From Takakia lepidozioides (taxonomy: Eukaryota; Plantae; Bryophyta): a stretch of DNA of 64,000 nt. A program made the position numbers and the translations under genes. The notes under the pieces are model-generated. The model did not search any database and was not told the origin of the DNA. It was given only the letters and a program-made list of their open reading frames with translations. Of the stretch, positions 57,430-64,000 are shown piece after piece (positions within the stretch are counted from its first letter, which is position 1; each line of letters opens with the position of its first letter). The stretch covers positions 20,770,001 through 20,834,000 of the forward strand of contig CM060733.1 in the NCBI GenBank assembly GCA_030704615.1. The letters run 5' to 3'.

Positions 57430-59980
57430 ATTAATCTTGAAATCATCCGAATCCTCATCATGTTCTAGACTGTCCTGCTCCTCTCCACCCCCTCAGTGCC
57501 TCTCTCATCTCCAGCGGACTGCTCGTTGGCCAGGCTTTCGAAAATCCCATCTTCCCTTGCGGAACTGTCCATCTCACCTCCGTTGGGTCGTCTTCCTCCC
57601 TGTCTGCGTCGCTCTCATCCCGCTGATCACATATGTACTTTCGTACCCGTCTACCTGTCTGAGCTGCTGCCAACTCTTTCCTTATCCTTCTGTCCTCCCT
57701 AGCCCTCTCCAAAATCTGCTCTACTTTACTGGGATTCTCACTTCTTCTAATCGCTGTATTTGCGAATTAGCTGCATAACTAGGAAGGGAGTAGTCCCTCA
57801 CCGGGCTCGTCATGAAATCGGCCCTCGCAAAGAACGGGACATTCTTCCTGGCAGGAAGTGTAGGCCCTACATGTTTCGACCCGGACCCTGCAATCCTGCA
57901 CATGACAATCATCAACGAGACTAATGAGAACCACAGTCGGAAATTCGTTTGACATAAATGACCCAGAAGGCTTTGCAAACTTACAATGTTTGCACTCACT
58001 CGTATTCCGGTTCTCCTCCGCATCAATGTCCACTGTGTCTTCCTCGGACTCCGACGAATCCGAGGAGACTTCCGCTCTGTCGGGAGCCTTCACATTCCGT
58101 TGCGCCGCAGCCCCTCCAGATGGGATCCCCACACGGATGAATCCTCCTCGTAGGCAAAGAGGTGCGGTCGGAAAACCGCCCAGCCCACATTGAGGCACCT
58201 GTTACAATGCCATCCACACATTACCACATGGCGCTTCAGATGTTGCGAACTACATCCTAACGAGAATTTGCAGAACAGCAAGATCAAGATTCTTCATACC
58301 TGTCCCACAGATGAGGTCGAGCACTGTGCCCTCCACGTCTGTGCATGTCTCCATAATTGTCTGAATGAAGGCAGGGCTCCGAGTCCGTGAGTACCGCAGG
58401 GGTTCCGTTGAAGTGAGGCTATGAGGGAGAAGTTCCTTGGGAACGTTGTTGAACAGAACGTCGTAATCGAGTGGGTCGCAGTTCGGGTCACCTTTCCTCC
58501 CTCCTTCCGGAAAGCAAAGGTGGAGTTCTCTTCACAAAGCAGTATGCATCGAACTGCTTCGTCTGCATACACAGGGGGAAACGATTAGAAACCGAATGCG
58601 GCACCGCATTTGAAAACACCCAAGCAAATGAAATGGACGAGTGCCAGTGTCGTAATCACCTTCTTCCCTTCCGACCGAAGGCCCAGTGTGTTTGATGCAC
58701 GTCCACTTCTTTTTCAGAATCGGGACGGTGCTCTTGCGGGTCCACTTCGCAATTCCTGTCTGAGTGTTTTTTCCTCTGCTCGCCAGGACAACCACACAGC
58801 CTCTGTCGTCCAACACCATGCGGGCAAGCCCGAATCCTTTCTTCCAAAAGTCCTCCGAGTACCTGTTCCAAGATGGCAAAGCTTGCAGTCCTTCCACAGG
58901 CTCTCCGTCCGGAATATCCAAGATGATCATATCGCAAGACCACTCGGTGGCATTTCCGCCCCTCCTACAATCCTTGTCTGCACACACCCTCTCAAAGAAC
59001 GAGACCATATTCTGAAATCCTGGGGTGTCGGAAGGCTCTTCGGCAGTCGCCTTCTTCAGTGCTCTGCCCTTCAGACCCTCCATGGTCTTCAGGTATGCCC
59101 GCTTGGCTGCCCGTCCATCCAAAGCCGCCAAGAAACTCTCATTTAACACACTGGACTACAGTTTCGGGAGCCACTTTCGGCCTCTTCATTTCCACCGGCT
59201 CGAAAGGGTGCCCCCCTGGGGGGTTGAAGAGTGCCTCTTTGCCGAGCCCAGTTCTCGTGGCTCTCGGACAACGGTGGGCACAGGGGAGGCAGCCTGCGTT
59301 TGGGGGGGTGGGCTGGTTGCAAAGTCTCCATCGGAGTCCTCTTCCTCACCCTCTCTTCCTGACAGGCTGTTTTCTGCTTCTTCGTTTTGGCGGGTGTCAC
59401 AACAGCTGCTCCTTGCTGGCGAGTCCTCTTCTTGACCCCTTCTGTTGGGGCCTGCACAGCTGCATCCACCGTCTTTTGTGCCATCTCAGCTGCCTTTCTG
59501 GATTCTTCGAAGCAGCAGATTCCTGCCGACTTTGGCCCAGCAGGGACACGTCTTTCCTTTCTCTTCTCTTCTGCCAAGGCGTGCATATCTTTCTCAGACT
59601 CGTCAACAATACCGCCAGACATTGTCCAGGTACCACGGCCTCCAACGATGCCGGGGATCCAAGACACAGCTTGGGCCCGCCACGGTCCAAGCCATGAAGA
59701 ACGGGGCTCTTGAGCCAGGGCCCCTGTCTGAAGGAGCACGTATTTCATATACCTGCAAGGCAGTCAGCATGCTGAGCAAAATTTGAGACCACCTACTGGC
59801 AGAGTGCCACCGAAAACATAAAATGCGAATGCGGTGCCGCATTTCCGAGACAAACCTCGTAACCAGGCTTCGCATACAAGGGCAGCTGTGCTTCACCTGT
59901 AAACAATTCGCATTGCAGCTTTCCCCGCTCCCTCCTGATGTGTAAACTCCACGCTCCTTCTTGCTGCTGTAAGCTCTCTA
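57430..59980 (-). CDS. Multi-exon gene with a beta-class DNA amino-methyltransferase (N6A/N4C)-like domain at ~58100-58940; 5' end in the gap; several 1-nt deletions
   Basis: Motif IV region SCDMIILDIPDG...W...FGLARMVLDDRGCVVVL; motifs X-I RSPAFIQTIMETCTDVEGTVLDLICGTG; motif II ASMWAGRFSDR(H)LFAYEED. GT-AG introns 58563-58659, 58199-58299 and ~59753-59896; acidic tail. Confidence 0.78.
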
Positions 59981-60480
59981 NNNNNNNNNNNNNNNNNNNN
60001 NNNNNNNNNNNNNNNNNNNNNNNNNNNNNNNNNNNNNNNNNNNNNNNNNNNNNNNNNNNNNNNNNNNNNNNNNNNNNNNNNNNNNNNNNNNNNNNNNNNN
60101 NNNNNNNNNNNNNNNNNNNNNNNNNNNNNNNNNNNNNNNNNNNNNNNNNNNNNNNNNNNNNNNNNNNNNNNNNNNNNNNNNNNNNNNNNNNNNNNNNNNN
60201 NNNNNNNNNNNNNNNNNNNNNNNNNNNNNNNNNNNNNNNNNNNNNNNNNNNNNNNNNNNNNNNNNNNNNNNNNNNNNNNNNNNNNNNNNNNNNNNNNNNN
60301 NNNNNNNNNNNNNNNNNNNNNNNNNNNNNNNNNNNNNNNNNNNNNNNNNNNNNNNNNNNNNNNNNNNNNNNNNNNNNNNNNNNNNNNNNNNNNNNNNNNN
60401 NNNNNNNNNNNNNNNNNNNNNNNNNNNNNNNNNNNNNNNNNNNNNNNNNNNNNNNNNNNNNNNNNNNNNNNNNNNNNNNN
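59981..60480. other. Assembly gap (500 N)
   Basis: Run of N. Confidence 1.
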
Positions 60481-61099
60481 AATTAAAGTAGTTCTTCACG
60501 ATATGGAGCCAGAAAGAAGACATAACAAATACATAGGGAAGTTACGACTTACAATCGCAAATAAACCCTTGGATCCGCCGACGCCCCACTTGTGTGTGGA
60601 TTTATGCTTGTCAAGGCGGACTGTTTTGCTTCACGTGCCCGCTCAAATTTGGCCTTGTTTGCCACATCATTCTCTCCCGCAATGAGTGCATCCCACGATA
60701 CCTATGCCCCCCCCCCCCCCCCCTCCCCAACAATTAGTGAACTACACACATACGTTGCATCGAATCCACCTCATTAATGCACATGCGACAAATGGAAGGT
60801 GAAATGATTCAGGATTTGCCAACTATGTAATTCCATAAGGTGGTTTGGGTATGGCCCCCTTTTCCATTGCCCTCCGAATGATCTGTCTGGCACGTTACCG
60901 TCCTCCTCTTTCAAGTTTTGCCCCACAATCTCCATCACCCTTGTGTCACTCCAATTGCCCGGAAACCGGCGGTCTAACTCACGGGCATACGCCCACTTCG
61001 CACCAAAATGCTAATCAGCCCACTCAATGTGCAAAAGAAACCACCTCATTGCGAGTTCAAAGGCTGGCTTCTTTATAGCCTCCCAGAACGCACCGCAGG

Positions 61100-62400
61100 G
61101 GTCACCATGGCGATTCACCTCCACCGGTGGCACCATGATCTTTGCTAACTCCACGTCCTCTATCGCCAAGGCCATGTTCTTCATCCCACCCTCTCCCTAC
61201 TTTGTAGCCTCCTTCCCCTGCTCCTTTGTTAACCCACTGCCCTCCCCCGCATGCACACTCACCTCTTCCTCTCCATGGGACTTTTTCTTCTTCTTCTTCT
61301 TTTCCTTCCCCTTCCCCGCTATTTCCTCTCTCCCCTCTCTCCCTCTCCCTCTCCCTTCTCTCTCTCTCTCCTCCACGACCATTGATGGTAAAAGGGATCT
61401 CGGGAGGTCGAGGCCTCTTCTTCTTACCTTTGGTGTTTGGGTCCTTCATGAACACCATGTGCTCTCCCTCATTGGCAACCCCACCGGACTGCACCAATGA
61501 GGTCAGCCATGTTGCTGCCTCCTGAAGACAAATAATCCCCCCAAATTCAAAAAAAGAAACAAACAACAAAGAAAATCATGCATGCAAATGAAAGGACAAA
61601 ACATGGAACAAGGTGCGACAGTTGTACCTTTGCAAGCTTGTCCGACTCGCCCCCAGTGTCATCCAATGTGGCAAGAGTCCCCGTTGCCGGATGTGCCCGC
61701 GCTATCCTCTCCCGGAGCGCCACTAGAAGTAGATTCCAGATGTGGAGCATAGCCGGCGGCGGCGCCCCGTAGTCCAGGCCCTTCTTCGCTAACCGCTCAG
61801 GCTAAGGGGCGGCATTGCTAATTGGCTAGGCTGCTCCAAACCAGCCCATACCTCCCTCCTCCCCCCCCCCTCAAATGCGTAGCAGGGTAGAAGTCCTCAC
61901 CTGGCTTGCTTACTTCGAGGCGCTTCGCTATCTTGGCCACTTCATTGGCCCTCATCGACAACATTGGGATAGCAACGATCACTTTCAAAGGCAACTTGAA
62001 CCTGACGTTGGGCCTTGACAAGTGCAGCCTCCGTTGCAGAGGAAGGGGTTGCTATGGGGGTGACATCCAAAAGTTGCCAACTGGGCCCCGAACGGGTGAT
62101 GTGCTTGCCAAGGTACATTTCACCCGTCTGGGTGGCCGGGGTGTGCCTCAACTAAGCATCGGCTCAGCAACAACCTCCCGAATGGAGAGTTGGCTGAGCC
62201 GGCCCCTGGCATATCCAAGATGGGGATACTGGCCTCGGGGGGCAGACGAGCCCTCTGGCTGCGGCTGTCGACGGGGCTGGTAAACCGTGAGACGCCCTTG
62301 CGCGTCACACGTGCTGGCAGAGCAAACGGATTGTCCGCCCCTTTCTTTGGGGCAGGGGACTTCTTCTCTTTTCCCATAAGCTGGCACATGTCATGCAAAC
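61100..62400 (-). pseudogene. Degenerate LINE (L1) ORF1-like remnant
   Basis: MLHIWNLLLVALRERIARAHPATGTLATLDDTGGESDKLAKVQL resembles the plant L1 ORF1 pattern VWxxxxxLPL...IG...D...A.V; heavily disrupted. Confidence 0.35.
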
Positions 62401-62717
62401 CCACAAGTTGGCCTCATTAGGAAACAACCTCTACATTCCAAATCGAAAACAAAAAAATCCAAGCATGTTGGGGGCTGAGAGCAGAAAGTGCTGGGGGTCT
62501 TGAGAGGGGGCAATAAAGAGAAAAGAAAAGGTGGGGGGGGGGGGGAGTGACTGAGCAGCAGCAGCAGCTGTTGAGCACCACCTGCTCAGTTTTTTGTTTT
62601 TTTTCTCGGTTTCCTGATCTCTCCTTCTCACTCCCTCTCTCCCCCTCTCTCTCCCTCTGTTACCTGGGTCTATGGAATTGTTATCCCGACTTCCATATTT
62701 TTTGTGCTTAAAATCTG

Positions 62718-63005
62718 GGTTGCAGGGAAAACCGGATGAATTTCATCCGGGTTTCATCCGTTTTACCTTGGCACATATCTGATTTTTCATTACTGCCTAC
62801 GATTTTTCAGTATAGCCTACCTTGATTTCATCCAGCCTATACCATAGCTGTGATGTGTTGAACCTTGGTGTAATTTCCCGATTTTTCTCATCCTACCTTG
62901 ATGGAAATTGGAATCTGTCCGTCGGGTTCAAGGCTATGTTGGATGAAATTCATCCAGACAGTGGATGACTGTTGTGGCAAGACAAGGTAAGGTCCCTGCG
63001 CAACC
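62718..63005. mobile_element. Small MITE-like element with GGATGAA(A/T)TTCATCC palindromes
   Basis: Ends GGTTGCAGGGA and TCCCTGCGCAACC; palindromes at ~62734 and ~62941. Confidence 0.45.
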
Positions 63006-64000
63006 CTATTTCTGCCTCTTGCGTTGAAGGATCGCGCAATGGCGGCATGGAGGAGGAGAAGGTGCTCGAGCTGCAGTTACGTTGAGTTGCGGCTCCTTGG
63101 GTTGTTTAAAGACTATATGAATGCCGCCCCTATGGATTCATTAAGGAGACGGCGGTTCTTTTGAGGTGAGTGAAGGCACTGTCTCATTTGTCTGCTTTTT
63201 TGTTGCACAAGGGAACAAAGGCAGTGATGGCGGAGGTACCACCTGCCTGCTTGTGAAGTTTCCTTAGGAGCCCTCCTCTGGATCTTTGATGAATGGCGGC
63301 GTCTTGGTAAAACAAAGAAGTCTCTCTCTCCCTCCCTTTATAAACCCTACCTTATGAGACAAAGCTCTTTTTTCTTGTGCTTGGCAAGACTTTGCTTTGG
63401 TTAAGGTAGCAGTGTTGTGGTGTTGGTGGAGACCTCCCTGCATGGTTGGGCTTGTGGAGAGATGGCGACCATCCCCCAAACAGTTAAAAAGGTTTTTTTT
63501 TTTTTTTTGTTTGTTTGTCTTGCTTCCCTACTTTCTTTGGCATTCTCTGTGATTAGATTCAAGTGTATTTGACCTCGATAGCAAGTGTGGAAGCCTGCTA
63601 CTCACCTCGTGCATCCTCACTAACTCACAATGCGTTGTGGTTGTTTTTGGGACGGGCATAGGTGAGGGCTTCCACTTAATATGCTGATTGCCAAGTGCTG
63701 CAGGGTACCATGAGGATTACAGAGGAGTGAAGATGGCGGCTGGCTGTGGATTCATCTTGAAATCTGAAAAACTAAACTACTCTATGTTTTTCATGATCCT
63801 ACCTCTATGTTTGATCTATGAAGGACATTATAGTGCTACTTGTGGTGGGTAATCCTTTCCAGATTGGTGGAGGGCCCCTGTTTTGCAATGATGGCTAAGA
63901 CTGCCTTGCCATGCCTTGCCTTGCCCCCAACCTGTCAGGTTAAGCATAAAGGCACTACAATGTATTGTTTACGGCAACCCTTTGGGTATCTTCCCGTGCA

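Larger units (their letters stand above)
54167..59980. mobile_element. Unclassified cargo-carrying insertion, probably a DNA transposon, extending into the assembly gap
   Basis: Sharp junction inside the gypsy RH; terminus GGGGGGCTGCTATTT followed by CATGAGC repeats; carries 3 genes and a palindrome array. No transposase or second end is visible. Confidence 0.7.

Noticed and set aside
56484-57434. Overlapping ORFs of 80-285 aa on both strands
   Set aside because: By-products of the stop-poor palindromic array (KCGAAF/EMRHRI repeats); no protein-like composition.
57895-58000. Cys-rich PHD-like finger in ORF 57779-58198
   Set aside because: The CKHC segment follows GTGAGT/GTAAGT donor-like sites and precedes a TGCAG acceptor, so it is probably intronic.
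59938-60523. ORFs of ~180 aa
   Set aside because: Artefacts of translating the N gap.

Overview
Repeat-dense eukaryotic DNA from a land plant, most likely a moss or other non-seed plant (inferred from the HMA and PLS-PPR sequences and the retroelement types), with an assembly gap at 59981-60480. The only clearly intact host genes are a head-to-head pair of 4-exon heavy-metal-associated (HMA) domain genes at 20.9-25.2 kb. The rest is mostly nested transposons: (i) two copies of a non-chromovirus Ty3/gypsy element (about 3.6-15.5 kb +, 47.0-54.2 kb -) whose reconstructed ancestral frame runs from gag through integrase into a ~1,500-codon extension, about 3,560 codons in total; (ii) a CACTA end, a PIF/Harbinger remnant, several MITEs, a Ty1/copia fragment and a MULE with a SWIM finger; (iii) a gypsy element with a degenerate dUTPase between protease and RT; (iv) an insertion starting at ~54167 and running into the gap. 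This last element carries an intron-containing beta-class DNA amino-methyltransferase-like gene, a divergent pair of paralogous ~190-aa genes of unknown family, and ~14 copies of a 22-bp palindrome confined to non-coding positions. It is the best candidate for an undescribed system: a transposon-borne, possibly sequence-specific epigenetic module.
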